A stretch of 64,000 nucleotides of DNA, taken from contig NC_087436.1 of assembly GCF_036321535.1 (NCBI RefSeq), forward strand, positions 50,098,001 through 50,162,000, read 5' to 3'. Origin of the DNA: Camelus dromedarius. Taxonomy: Eukaryota. The notes under the pieces were generated by a model, which had not been told where the DNA came from, searched no databases, and saw only the letters and a list, made by a program, of their open reading frames with translations. Of the stretch, positions 14,388 to 26,401 are shown one piece after another. The stretch's first letter is position 1; each line of letters begins with the position of its first letter. The translations under genes and the position numbers were made by a program.

Positions 14388-14665
14388 TGACACATGTAGA
14401 ATTCTTGTCTTCATGCTTTTTGTCTGGTTCCTCTGTGGGGGCATAATATATCAAACGTAACACTTTATCACAGGCAATATTAGTCATGTTTCACCTCTCC
14501 TTACTAAATTCTAAGCCCAATAATTACAAGAAAAATATCTCATGAATTTTTTGTATGTGTGTCCCCAATATGTCTGACACTTAAGCTCTTCTCGCGTAGA
14601 AGTGTGCTAGCAGCTCAGGATGAAACATTTCACCAGAGAAGTCTGGATGCTGTGGGATTTACTGT

Positions 14666-14913
14666 TTATTATTATTATTATTTTTTTTTATTATTATTAT
14701 TTTTATTATTATCATTACAATTACTACTACTATTCATTATTATTGTTGTCTTTGTTTTTCATTCTTTATTTTTTGGTCAAGTATTCCAAGAGACGATTCA
14801 CAGCTAGTGGTGGTGACAGTGACAGCTGCTGCTGCTGCTGCTTTTTCTTTCTCTTCCTGTATTATTATTATTATTATTATTTATTCTTTTGCTGCTGTTA
14901 TTATTGTTATTAT
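14666..14913. repeat. Compound triplet low-complexity repeat (TAT)n/(TAC)n/(CTG)n
   Basis: Two (TAT)n blocks flanking a short (GCT)n run, read directly. Confidence 0.9.
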
Positions 14914-15959
14914 TCTCTATCAGGAAATCCAAATGCAGATTTACAAATGAATTTTGTAATTATAAGTGACATCAGTGCACTTAGTGTAGAATTTTAAAAA
15001 GTGAAAGATTTATTTTTATGAAATCCATGATCCTCTAGGTCTCATCGAGGTAGAATAAAGCTCACCAGAGTTCCCTGCCTTTTTACCTTGATTATTTGGA
15101 TTTCAGGTGAAGGCATTTCCTTGTGGTTCACCCAGACCTCAGCTGTCTCGAGGGGTAGTTTCTCACTTTCTAATTTGCAGAGTGTGGTCTTATGAACATT
15201 TATGGGGGTTGCAATGGGCAAGTAAAGAATTTCCAAGGGTTTAAAATTGTAGGATCACCTTTCTCTGTATAATTAAATGCTCTACATTTCTGAATATTTT
15301 ATAGCTATCTGTAATTATAAATTAGTGCCCTCTCCACAGGGAGGCCACCATAATGGGGCTTCTGAAAAGAAAGCTACTGTCATCACTGGGAGCAACTGGC
15401 TGTAGGACCTGGGGAGCATGGGCCTAGAGTTCAGCAGATCCAAAGGACTGGGTAATGTCTCTGGGACTGAAAATAATACCTAATTGTGCACAGAGAAATA
15501 TGAGCTCCTAACCGAAGAAATCATTCAAAAAAGATGTAAGCACAAGTAGGTAAGTGCTAGGCAGAATCCAAAAAGTCAGGGTAAACATTCAGTGAAGATC
15601 CAGACAGCAAGACACAAGTGGACTTTCATAGCAAAATGGATCGGAGGTACAACAAGTACAAGACATGGCATAATTCTGCATGTCAGTTACTGGAAAATGA
15701 TAGTAGGAAGGTGTAAGCACAGAGACTGGCAACTGTCACATCAAGTTAAAGTAGGACCAACTATAAAATACTCCTGTTAATGATGAAGTGGCTCCTGATA
15801 CAAAGCTTCCTTAATTTTTCCTTGTTTCTTTTGTTAGATTCACCATTGCTTGAAATGAAAATCTGATACATAGGTTGATCTTAGGCTGATACAGGCTCAG
15901 GAAATGTAGATATAAGTTGCTGGAGTGAAATGAATGCATAGGAGACAGCAGAAAAAAAT

Positions 15960-16418
15960 CAAGATTTGACTCAGACTTATCTGAGAGAACCTGCTGGTAC
16001 TTTGCCCAAAATCCCTTTGCTGGGCCAATGCATATATCACCAGCAGCTGTGAGTGTGGACAGTTATGTGGTACAACTGTACCTTTCTCCAGAGAATTGTC
16101 TTTGGCTGGCAAAAACTGTCTCACTAGAAGATGCCTGAGAACTTCAGCACCCTCTAAAGAAGACATAAAATAGCCACTGTCTAGATGATACAGGGATGCA
16201 AAATTGCAGCCCCCAAGACACTTACTTCAAGAGCTCCGCATGAGATCAGGGGAGCTGATCTAGAGTTCAGTGAAAACCCCAGTTTTGTTGAGCTTCTTGT
16301 CCTGCCACATCCTGCTTCTGTTCATTTCTTTGTAGGTTTCTTCTGAGAGCACTCCAGGAAGGCATGCACCAAAATACTTGTCTCAGGCTCTGTCTCTCAA
16401 GAAGCTGATTTACAGATG
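15960..16418 (+). mobile_element. ERVL LTR (LTR16-like)
   Basis: 3' part tcctgcttc...gagagcactcc...cttgtctcaggctctgtctc...gaagctgatttacaga is typical of the LTR16 family. Confidence 0.65.
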
Positions 16419-17035
16419 TTTACTCACAAAATTAAAAAAAAATTAGATGTGGTGTGGGTTCTGAATTTAGAGAGGAATAGAATGAGCCCCCTTATTGCAC
16501 CAGGCATTGCTGTGTGACCTCTCTGAGTCTCAGTTTCCTTATCACTAACATGGGAATAATAACATTAACTTCATTACAAAGTTTTGGGGAGAATTGTTAA
16601 TAATCATTATGCTAATTATAATAGTCTGCATTTATGTGTTAAAAACCGCATTATTATATTTCACTTATCCATTCATTTATAACCTCTTATATATACATAC
16701 ACATATATATAAACTCCTTTAAAAAAATAAACATATGTTAATTGACAGTTAAATTCAGTGACTTCTCTATGGTGGATTAAATGGACATAGAAGGAAGAAA
16801 ATGAGACCCAGAGTTCAGAAACAAATTATTATTTTTCCCAGAGGTCTTAAACAGATATTTAAAACATTAGTACCTAAGAGATGAATGAGCTATTCTATAG
16901 GGTAGGCAATATTTCAGTATCTTTATTTTACTATAAAATAATTTTCTTAAACAATTGTGGATTAATGGAGGTAGATCTCATATTTTATCAAACAAAGGTA
17001 GGATGGAAAATTAAGTGGAAAATCTGCAGAAGCCA

Positions 17036-17529
17036 TATCAGTTACCTATTGCTGGCTAGCATATTACCCCCAAACTTAACACATTTAAACAACACTTATT
17101 ACCTTGTGAGTCAAGAATCTTGCTGAGGCTTAGTTGGGGGTTGATGGCTTAGTCTTTCAGAAGTCTGCAGTCAAGGTGTCACCTGGGGCTGCAGTTGTCT
17201 CAGCCCCAGCCACTCAGGTGGCTGTCCACAGGTCTCAGGTCTTTGCCTGCTGAAGTCTGGAAGTATCGGCTCCTGCCCTGTGGCCATCTCCATAGGGCTC
17301 CTCACATCATGGCAGCTGGTTTCCCCAGAGCACAGATTCTGCCCAAGACAGGAGCCACAACCTTTTTAAAAACTTAATCTTTGAATTGACATCCCATTGT
17401 TTCTGCTATAATGAACTCATTGGAATTAAGCCACCAAACCCAGGCTAACTTAGGGCAAAGGATTACTTAAGGATGTGACAATGAGGAGTCAGGGATCATT
17501 TGGGGCCTTCTTAGAGTCTGCCTTCCATA
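17036..17529 (-). mobile_element. MaLR LTR (MLT1F-like)
   Basis: tcagttacctattgct...ttacccccaaactta, atggcagctggtttccccagagc, gggatcatttggggccttcttagagtctgccttccata. Confidence 0.8.
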
Positions 17530-18838
17530 GCCAGTATCTGCTTACAACCCTCAGTGTTAACAGACACATTTCATTTTCCTCTCAAACATCCCAAAGGAGT
17601 TCATTTTCTTCTCTGATGTTTGGACATCATGAATGAATGAAAACCAGTGGAACCCAAGGGTAAGGGATGGATAACTCTGACACTACAGTTGGGTTTCAAA
17701 CCTCACAGTGGACTAAATGGGGCATATCCATGTCATCTCAGAATGGCATTAATTCCCTAATGGATAGAATAGCAAGATTCGTGTCTTTATCTAATGTTTC
17801 CTGGTATCTATAAAACTTTGTGTTTTCTGTTTCTTTTTTTTTCTCTTTGTTTTCCCTCAATTATATCTTAATTTTGATTCTTTATTCTTTGACCTTCAAT
17901 GGAGGTAATTTACCATACATCATCACTATACAGGTAAACTGGGCAGATGGAAAGCTTTACAAAAGGTCTTGGTCTCTGCTAGATACGGCTTCTAATGAGA
18001 GGAATTAAGGAGGAATTATTCCTTTGTCTGATTTTTTAACCTAGCTAAATATAGCCATTTTCGTCTGAGGTCACTAAAACCTTCTGCAGATTGGATTTCT
18101 TTAGGCACACTCTGGGTATACACACTTCAGAAATAAATTTAGTCATGACAGAACCTACTGTTATTAAAAGACTAAAATATGTACTTTGTAGTTTATTCCG
18201 GAGAAGGTTCGGCTGTTCCTGTGAGCTAACTGTAGGTTAACATGAGGGCCTGGTCTTGTCTTTTCTCTTACATTTAAATCCCAATTCTAATGATTAAAGA
18301 CTATAAACATGTAAGCATCAGCTTTTAATGGTCTGAATAAGGTTGAATACAGAAAGTTCTGTAGTTAAATACAATTGTGTTACAAGGCTCAGTCTCTTTA
18401 ATGTATCTTATTTGTCACGTGTAATTCATAGTTATCCTGGGAAAAAGGAATTAAAAGTGTAGAATTTTAACATCATATTATGGTTTCTCCATTTTCCTAT
18501 TTTTTTACTCTAAAACATCAAGTTCCATTTTGCTGCCATTTTTCTTCCTTTAATGACCTTCATTAAATTCTAAAACTCTCATCCCCAACCTGTGAAAATG
18601 TAATGATAAAATAAACCAGTAGCAAAATTGAATGGAATCCAGTTCTAAAATCCCTTGCTTCACTCAGCTGCTTCTTAGATACCTGAAATGTGCTTCTTAA
18701 TTTAGAAAGAAAAATTGCAGTGAGGCTGCAATCCTGCATTTCAGAGACAAGGGAGCAGGAAATGATTTGCAGTTGATTGAAAGGTGCTGTTTGCACTTAG
18801 GATTTCCTGAGCTTTCCAATTTTAACCTTGGAGCTTAC

Positions 18839-18909
18839 CTATCTTTGATTTTAAGAATTAGATCCAATCCATATTCTGGATATCTCCTCACTTTTGAGGT
18901 GCATCTTGG
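18839..18909 (-). other. Candidate 71-nt exon of a minus-strand transcript
   Basis: Acceptor is a long T tract followed by atccgcag; donor TAG|gtaagc. No repeat recognised here. Only phase 0 is open (PRCTSKVRRYPEYGLDLILKIKD). Confidence 0.5.
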
Positions 18910-19659
18910 CTGCGGATAAAAAAAAAAAAAATGAAGGCTGCATGCTCAGTCCTAATAGAGGAAAGAGCAAAACAGAATGCGGTGGAAATAAGTGGATGCT
19001 ACATTTAGCTTTTCTCTGAGCCAAGGACAAGGAGCTGACTTCTCCTTTAATTTAACCCTTGGATTGTCACAAAGAAACAAGGAGCTCTGGAGAAGATTCT
19101 ATTGCATTTGCCATTTCCAGCAGAAAACTAAAGTTATGAGATGAGAAAACATGTTTTTAAATTTTCACTGCAAGATGCTGTGAGTAAATATGGTAGAGTT
19201 GAGTGTAAAATATTTATGCATATATACATATTTTTGTATGGGTAAATGCAAATAAAGTGAAAAGCAAGGTGTAAATCTTATTCTTTTCCTAAAATGTAGG
19301 ATAATGGGTTTGTTTTCTAGGTTAAGTTATGCCTTGTCTTCTAAAAATAAACTTTATCATTCTTTGTTTAAAAGGACAGTCTGGGAAAACTGACTCTTTT
19401 CTTGTCCAAGAGACTACTATTAACAATTCTTATTCAAGGCCTCCTGTATCTGAGTTCTGAATTAACTAGCATATATACCTAGCAAGCTCTCAGTTTAGAT
19501 TGGTTAAGTAACTGAACAAAGCAATGAAAGAAGAAAGGAAGAAAACAAAAGAGAGATTGAGATAAAGATAGAGATATAGATAAATATACAGAGAGAGAGA
19601 GGTGGAGGGGGATGTAAATGACACAAAACGCTTTATCAGCTGGGTATCACATTTACAAA

Positions 19660-21285
19660 AGCTTTCTTCACTTGACTTCCAGGAATACTGCGTTTCTCTT
19701 TTGCCTCTTGCTTCACTAGTTATGCCTTCTCGCTCTCCTCTGAGGGTTTCTTTCCCTCTCTCTAATTTCTAAATACTGGAGTGCAGTGGGGCTTAGTCCT
19801 CAGTTACTGATTTTTCTCTATGTATTGCCAGTTCCTAAGACCTTTCTTCAAATTTCATGACCTTATTATACCAATAATCCAATCCACCCATATATCTCTA
19901 AACCAAAGTGCTTTCCTAAACCCTGAATTTATATTTTTAACTTTCAACCTGATCCCCTATATAGACATCACATGGCCACATCAATGTCAACTTTCACTAA
20001 ACAGAACTCTTGATGGGTATGCCCTCCCTTCTAATCTCTTCCTTCTTCAATCTTCCCCATATCTGCCAATGATATTGCCTTTACTCAGTTTTTCAAACTC
20101 ATGAAGACTTTTAAAATTTTTTTCCTTTTACTATACTAGTCATCCAACCCTTTCACATGCCCTGTTAGTTCTGCATTCAAAGGAGATCCCAAATCTCATC
20201 ATTTTTACCTTATTTGTGGCTGTTACAGAGCGTTCAACTGGCTCTTCTCTCTCCTAGATAACTGGAATTGTCTGACAGTATTCCCGCTTCACTTTTTGCC
20301 CCTTGTTTCAGAGTCCAACTAGACAAAACAAATCACCCTAGAGAATTTCCCACCCATAGGCTAAGGTTCAAAAAGGGGAAGCATAACTAGAACCCAAAAG
20401 TATGTTCACTGCTGAAGCAGAAACACTGTAATTCACTCAGATCATAACCAGTGATGAGGCACAGAAAAAGATTTTTAAAATGACCTGGCTTCTCTCTTCC
20501 CTCCACCTGCTATTGTCTGGCCCAGCTATTTCATAAGGAAGCCTAGAAAATACAGTACCAAGGGTCCATCCCATTCCTCCAATGATACAGAACAAAACTT
20601 TCTGAAAGAAGAACATGGATATGAAAGCAACTGGGCTGAGGAACAATGAGCTCTGTCTCCTCTCTCCACCCCACTCATAGCTTAGTGTCCTTAAAAAGCA
20701 AGAGTGAACTGTAGGAAATAGTATACATATCATGCCAAGTGCCTAGGCTCAAACTTCCAGTGCTTTACATCATGTTCTAAATAAAATAAAATGTTCTTAC
20801 CGTGACCTATTGTGCCTCACACGAGCTAGCCACCATCTACGCCTCTAATTTCTTCCTAATGCTTTCTTTTTCCTCACCTCATTTCAGCGCATAGCTTTTC
20901 TTGCATGTCTTTGAATATGCCTAGCAAAGCTTCTTCCCCAAGGGCTTTCCCATCTGTTTGATAGATGGTTTCCCTCATTCACTAGGTTTGTTTCCCAGCT
21001 CTAGTCAGGCCTGTGCTTAGATGTCCCCTCTGCAGAGAAGCCTTCCCTGATCACTCATCTGCAAGACTGACTCCCCCATCAATTAATGTCCCCTTGCCTG
21101 GCCTTATTTATCACTACCTCACACTACATAGAATTCCTATTTGTTTATTGTTTTTCTTCCTTTCTAGAAGATAAGCTTTCTGTAAGTAAGGCTTCATTTG
21201 TTTACGAACATATCCCCCCAGTGCTTAGATCAGTGCCAAGCAAATAATAGGAAATCTATAGGTATTTGTTGAATAAAGGAATAGA
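19660..21285 (+). mobile_element. L2 LINE 3' portion (interrupted about 20340-20760)
   Basis: ggagtgcagtggggcttagtcctcag is a decayed GVPQGSVLGP motif. L2 3' end: ccagtgcttagatcagtgcc...ggtatttgttgaataaaggaa. Confidence 0.75.
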
Positions 21286-21789
21286 AATAAATATGTATTA
21301 TTATCTCTATATGAATTTTTTGTCTTGGGTTTCAAAATTGGTTGTTACTCAATAGTCTCTTTTGAAGTGAATTCTTTGGAGCTCAGAACACACATTAACA
21401 AACAGCTCTAGTGATGGTAAAGGGATAGATGGCTTTTCAGATTATTCTACTCAATGTGGCTACAGCAGCATCAACTCAAACCAAAATGAATGGAAAACCA
21501 AGTAAGCAGATTATTGGTACTTAAACAATATAAATTCTTGAGTATTAATCATTATAAAAAGTATATTTAACTAAAGGAAACATAAAATCTCACTATACGT
21601 ACAATTTTGACATTAAAATTAATCTTATATGTCACCTAGCCAAAACTCTAAGCCAAAGAGGAAATTGCCTTTTTGAAACAAACCTATGAAAAGGTCATCC
21701 ACTCTGTATGAACATTTTTAATGAGAAAAAGTAACTGCATCGTAAGGATCCATCCCTACCAGATAAATGTGAGCTAGTTCTACAATGTA

Positions 21790-22050
21790 TATAACTCTAA
21801 TGCAATGTTTTTCATCATCTCTTATCTGCCAATGTTTACAATTTTGTCTTCCGAATTTATGTTGGGTAAATATAACTGCCTTTTACATAACAGCTCATCA
21901 ATTATTTGAGGGGAGCCATTAGTCCTTCCTAAAATTCTTCTTCTGTATGCTAAACATCCTAAACCTTTCAATCCATCCTCATATAGCTTGATTTTCAGAC
22001 ATCCTGATGGGTTAATCACTCTCCTCTGTATACACTCCAGCTTGACAATT
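21790..22050 (-). mobile_element. L3/CR1 LINE fragment
   Basis: ORF 21822-22019 (LYEDGLKGLGCLAYRRRILG) resembles the CR1 ORF2 C-terminus (YEERLKELGMFSLEKRRLRG). Confidence 0.7.
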
Positions 22051-22094
22051 ACCAGTGCTAGATTTCTCTATCTATTTATCTATCTTTACCTATT

Positions 22095-22621
22095 TCTCTA
22101 TCTAGCTGTCGGTGTATAACAAACCACCTCAACACCCAGTGGGCTTAAAAGAAAAACCAGTTTTTATCACTCATGAGTCTATGCATTATATCTTTTTTCT
22201 GGTCTCAGCTTGGCTTATTCCTAACCCCCGGACAGCTGTTGGTCAGGTAGACAGTTTTGGTGGTGTTGGCTGAGCTCCCTCACTTGTACGTCCGCTATTG
22301 GAAGACAGGTATGGGAAGCCTCAACTAAGGCAACCGGCCTCTCTTCCACATGGTCTTCATCTCCGAGCAGGCTGGCTCAGGTTTGCACAGACCACTGAGC
22401 TAGAAAAGCAGCACAAGGACAACAGAGACCCAAGCTCAGGACTGGCACTGTGCCATTCGACTGTAATCTATTGGCCGAAACTTGTTAACAGTTCAGCTCA
22501 GAATCAAGGAATGGGAAAAAGACTCCACCTCTTCGTGGAAGGAGCTGCAGTGTCGCATTGCAAAGGTGGTAGATAAATGGAGAGAAGAAACTAGAACTAT
22601 TTTTGCAATCAATCTGCTACA
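22095..22621 (-). mobile_element. MaLR LTR (MLT1G/H-like)
   Basis: gtgtataacaaaccacctcaa, gactccacctcttcgtggaaggagctgca, ttttgcaatcaatctgctaca. Confidence 0.78.
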
Positions 22622-23114
22622 ATTTCCAACAGTTAGACTAAGCCTGTACTTAGTGTAGTAGAAAAGCAGAAATATCAAAAGGAGAGAGAGAGAGGGTAGA
22701 GATAATTTGGAAGAGTTTGGCATTTCGTATATTGTTTTCATTTATTGAAATTACTATCTTAGAACTAATTAGAATTTAGTTGGTTGTATCATGTTTATTT
22801 TACAAATTATTATTGATATTTATTTTGGGTGACATGGGGGAAGAAGGCCACCATAAATCTTTCAGTGCTTATGGCTAATTCAAGCTTTTAGTTGATGCCC
22901 TTTGACACTAAATTGCACAATCACCTGACCCAGAAACCAGCTTGAGGAAATTTTTGGTAGATCAAAGGACTGCAGGCTCTACTCCAACAAGGCACCACCA
23001 ACTATGCACGAAAACTGCATCACTGCCTGGTGCCAAACTCTGGCCTTCAGAGGGCAAGGACTGCTTTTTACTCCTTTTTTCCAAATCTCACAGACATTCC
23101 TCTTGTAGCCAAAC

Positions 23115-23875
23115 TGTTGTGAATTTGTTAAGTTAATATTTGTGTTATAGCGCCCCAGGGTGTTGATGGTAAGGCAGGATTCAATAAAAGACCACAAGGG
23201 AATAGAAATGGAGACATTTCTAACCCACAGGTCCTGAGGCACTTACACAGCATGCCTCCAGGGGTCAGGCATGGATGTCAGCCCAGTGCAGACAGAGAGA
23301 AGGCAGCAGGACTTTGGGCATATGCCTTTATTAGGATCTACAGGTGGAGTGCTTTGGGGTTCCCAAGCTAAGACTGGATTGATCAATTCAAATTTTAAAA
23401 AGGCAAAGTTTTAAAGCATTAAAAAAAAATTAAGGAAAAAAAAAATGGGGAAGGGTATAGTCCAGGGGTAGAGTGCATGCCTAGCATGCACAAGGTCCTG
23501 GGTTCAATCCCCAGTGCCTCCGTTAAAATAAATAAATAAATAGAGCTCATTATCTTCCCCTTGCCCTGAAAAAATTATTTTAAAAAGGCAGGGTTTTGGT
23601 AAACTTCCTGAGGAGTCTTATCTAAGGGGGCACAAGAAAGAGGCCCGGGAAGGCAGGGAGAGTGCTTGTCAGAAGTGCAGTTAAGGCGTCATATGAGGAT
23701 ATCATCATATCTAGAGTCGGGTCACATCTACTTGTGATTCTTGGGCTGTTTCCTAGGGCATGTGCTGGGGGGCGGAGGAGCTAGTGTCAGTTCAGGGCCC
23801 CTGCAGGCCCCTTGGCCACACAAAACGGATGCCATGGCAGTACTATTATGGAGAAGTTTAGCTAAACTGTCAACA
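23115..23875 (-). mobile_element. ERVL solo LTR (MER76/MER74-like) nested in MLT2
   Basis: TG...CA termini (tgttgtg...gtcaaca). Motifs gcctttattagg and cttggccacacaaaacggatgccatggcag. Near-TSD caaac/caact. Confidence 0.65.
23447..23577 (+). mobile_element. tRNA-derived camelid SINE (vic-1 type)
   Basis: ggggaagggtatagtccaggggtagagtgcatgcctagcatgcacaaggtcctgggttcaatccccagtgcctcc followed by a (AAAT)n tail. Flanking repeat ttttaaaaaggca at 23393-23405 and 23578-23590. Confidence 0.92.
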
Positions 23876-23960
23876 CAACTCTAACCTGAAACCATAGAGG
23901 TTAGGGAGAGAAATTCTAGGAAATGTTTAGTTTAGCTAAACTGACAAAATAGGAAAACAA

Positions 23961-26175
23961 CCCAATCCACTTCTTTCAACCTGAGATATGTGTAAGTATC
24001 TCTTAACCAAACTTATTCCCCAAATAAAGATAAAAGCAAAGTCATGCTTCCAGCTAACATGAGGTAGGTAAACTTCATACCAAAAAAAACCACTAGCCTT
24101 CTCTCCAAAAAAAAGGATAAAAGTCCTCACGTCACTTTATCTCCATGTTTTTTCCCATCCAGCAGACGCACATTTTAAATACTGGATATGGTTAAGCAGT
24201 ATTAATACACTTAAGTTAAATTATAGGGGTTATGAAATTTATAAAGAATTGATGAACTCATGCACACATAGTCATAGAAAAACAAGGACAAGGTACTCAT
24301 AAGTATTAGTGTGTAGCTGGTAGGTAAAACTTGGCACTTCTGTATTTCCTTTGCCCTCAGTGAGCTCCTCTGCAGGCTGTGATTTCTTGCCTAAGAGGAT
24401 GACACAAACCTGCATTTCAGAAAGGTCTGGGCTTTAGCGGTCCTGCTCATATTGAGTACTTGTAGTTTTCCATTTCCTTTATCACAAAACATGGGGCACT
24501 AAGAGGGTACCCAAGGCATCTCCTCCAACCCAGGCATATGTCTTCCTACCCCAGAGTAGCAAATTGATTTTCCCTGAAGAGTCAGGATCAATTATTTCAG
24601 AGAGTACAGTATAATCCCCTTCTTTGCCAGCGGATTCATTGTCATGAGAATTTGAAAGTGGCCAGGTGGCAGTCTCTCCCTCTAGTTTAATAAAGCAATT
24701 GTGTCCCCTGGTGGGAGTATTCATTCCTTGGGAACTGAGACATACTGAGCAGCAGAGCCCAAAGACATGAGGGCAGGAAGTAAAACTGTCGCTAATAGTT
24801 CATCTCCTAGGGGTAAGAGTAAGAGAATTACCCCCACATTTTATTCCTTGCTTCCTGAGTTAATGAATGTTTGCTGTGGGACAAACAGCACTAAACACTG
24901 GTCACTAATTTACGACATATACCACATCCTGGGGGACATTATTCCAACCCCAGAAGCTGATGCGCCCATCTGGCCCAGTAACAGAATCTCCTAAAAGCTT
25001 TTTCACTATTTTGTCATGCTAGCTGCTTTGGAGTGATGGTGGCCATGGGAATCAATAAATTTCATAACCAGTTTCCAGATACATTAAATTTTCCTATCAC
25101 CCTGAAAGTCATATCTTTACATGTTCCAGACACTTGAACTCTAGAAATTTCACCAGAACAGCAAACTATTGAATTTTTGTGGCATTTATCTCCTTCCCTC
25201 TGGTACACATGTAAATTATCAATGTGTCTAGAGAAGCTACTCCTTCCTTTTCACCGTGTCCAAGGAGAATTCTATCATTAATTTAATGAATTTGTGACAT
25301 TCTGGAATGGAGAGCTCATCAAAGTATCTATGGACAAGATTATGATATGCAACTTGGAAGCTGATACTGCCTTAGTATAGAACAGTGAAGGTATATCTCT
25401 GGCTCGATCATGTGAAAGCAAACAGTTCCCAATAAAGAGATAGCATATGTAAATCAAGGTAACATTTGTTACATTAATTGATGCATTCCAGGTGCTGGAG
25501 ATCATGTCTATTTGCTCCAGCATCAACATCACATCTGAAATGGTGGCTACAATTGAAGTCACCACCTGATTAGATTTTTAATAATCACTGTCATTCTGCA
25601 AGATCCTTCTGTGTTCCAAGTAGGCCAAATAGGTGAGTTGAATGGGGATATGATAAGAGTCACCATATCACACTTCTTTCAGATTTTTGATAATGGTACT
25701 AATCTCTGAAAAACTTACAGGATGCAACTTCTGTTTGGTAGGTAGAGGCAGTCCTAGTGGCTTCCACATAGCCTTTCCTAACATAATGGCCTCTGAACTC
25801 ACTTAAGAAAAAATAAAATAATTCCAGAAGGAATATCTGTGATGAAAGAAGAAATAGTAATTGAGCATGTCCATTCCAATATAATTTCTAGAACTGAAGA
25901 AATAATCAGAGGGTTACTTCAGGAACCCACTAAGCCCACTGTGAGATGAGATAGCACTTAACTAGAAGTTCATTAACCACCTGACCTCTGTAAGCCTTAA
26001 CTCAGATTGATGGTCCACATTGATGGTTTGGGTCTTCAAAGTGTAATGACAGTTCAGAGCCAGTGTCCAAAAATATCACTAAATGCTTTTTAGATACTCT
26101 TCTCCAAAGCACAGTTATCATGGTAAATAGCTGCAGATCCTTTTGAGAAAACTATAAGGAAGATTCACAGCATAC
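23961..26175 (-). mobile_element. Decayed ERV-L internal region (protease, RT, integrase end, dUTPase)
   Basis: Protease motif LDTGSEL at about 26051-26070. RT-like VTSIVATISDVMLMLEQID in ORF 25278-25565 resembles HERV-L VVTPIAAAVPDVVSLLEQIN. dUTPase-like TVLSEIIDPDSSGKINLLL...GDALGTLLV in ORF 24482-24724 resembles TVLAGVIDPDYQGEIGLLL...GDPLGRLLV. Many stops and frameshifts. Confidence 0.9.
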
Positions 26176-26179
26176 ATTT

Positions 26180-26401
26180 CTGTTTGTTTGTTTTTAATTG
26201 AACTACAGTCAGTTACAATGTGTCAGTTTTTGGTGTATAGCACAATGTCCCAGTCATGCATATACATACATATATTCATTTTCATATTCTTTTTCATTAA
26301 AGGTTATTACAAGATATTGAACATAGTTCCCTGTTCTATACAGAAGAAACTTCTTGTTTATCTATTTTATATATATATAGTAGTTAATATTTGCAAATCT
26401 C
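26180..26401 (-). mobile_element. Young L1 3'UTR fragment
   Basis: Closely similar to 10731-10940 (ccagtcatgcatata...cattaaaggttattacaagatattgaacatagttccctg). Confidence 0.9.

Larger units (their letters stand above)
22930..23960 (-). mobile_element. MLT2-like 3' LTR of the ERV-L provirus, split into about 22930-23114 and 23876-23960
   Basis: The pieces ...cctcttgtagccaaac and caactctaacctgaaaccatagagg...gaaattctaggaaatgt...ctgacaaaat rejoin into an MLT2E/F-like 5' region adjacent to the ERV-L internal 3' end. Confidence 0.6.

Noticed and set aside
14620..14997. 125-aa Tyr/Cys-rich ORF
   Set aside because: Translation of triplet microsatellites.
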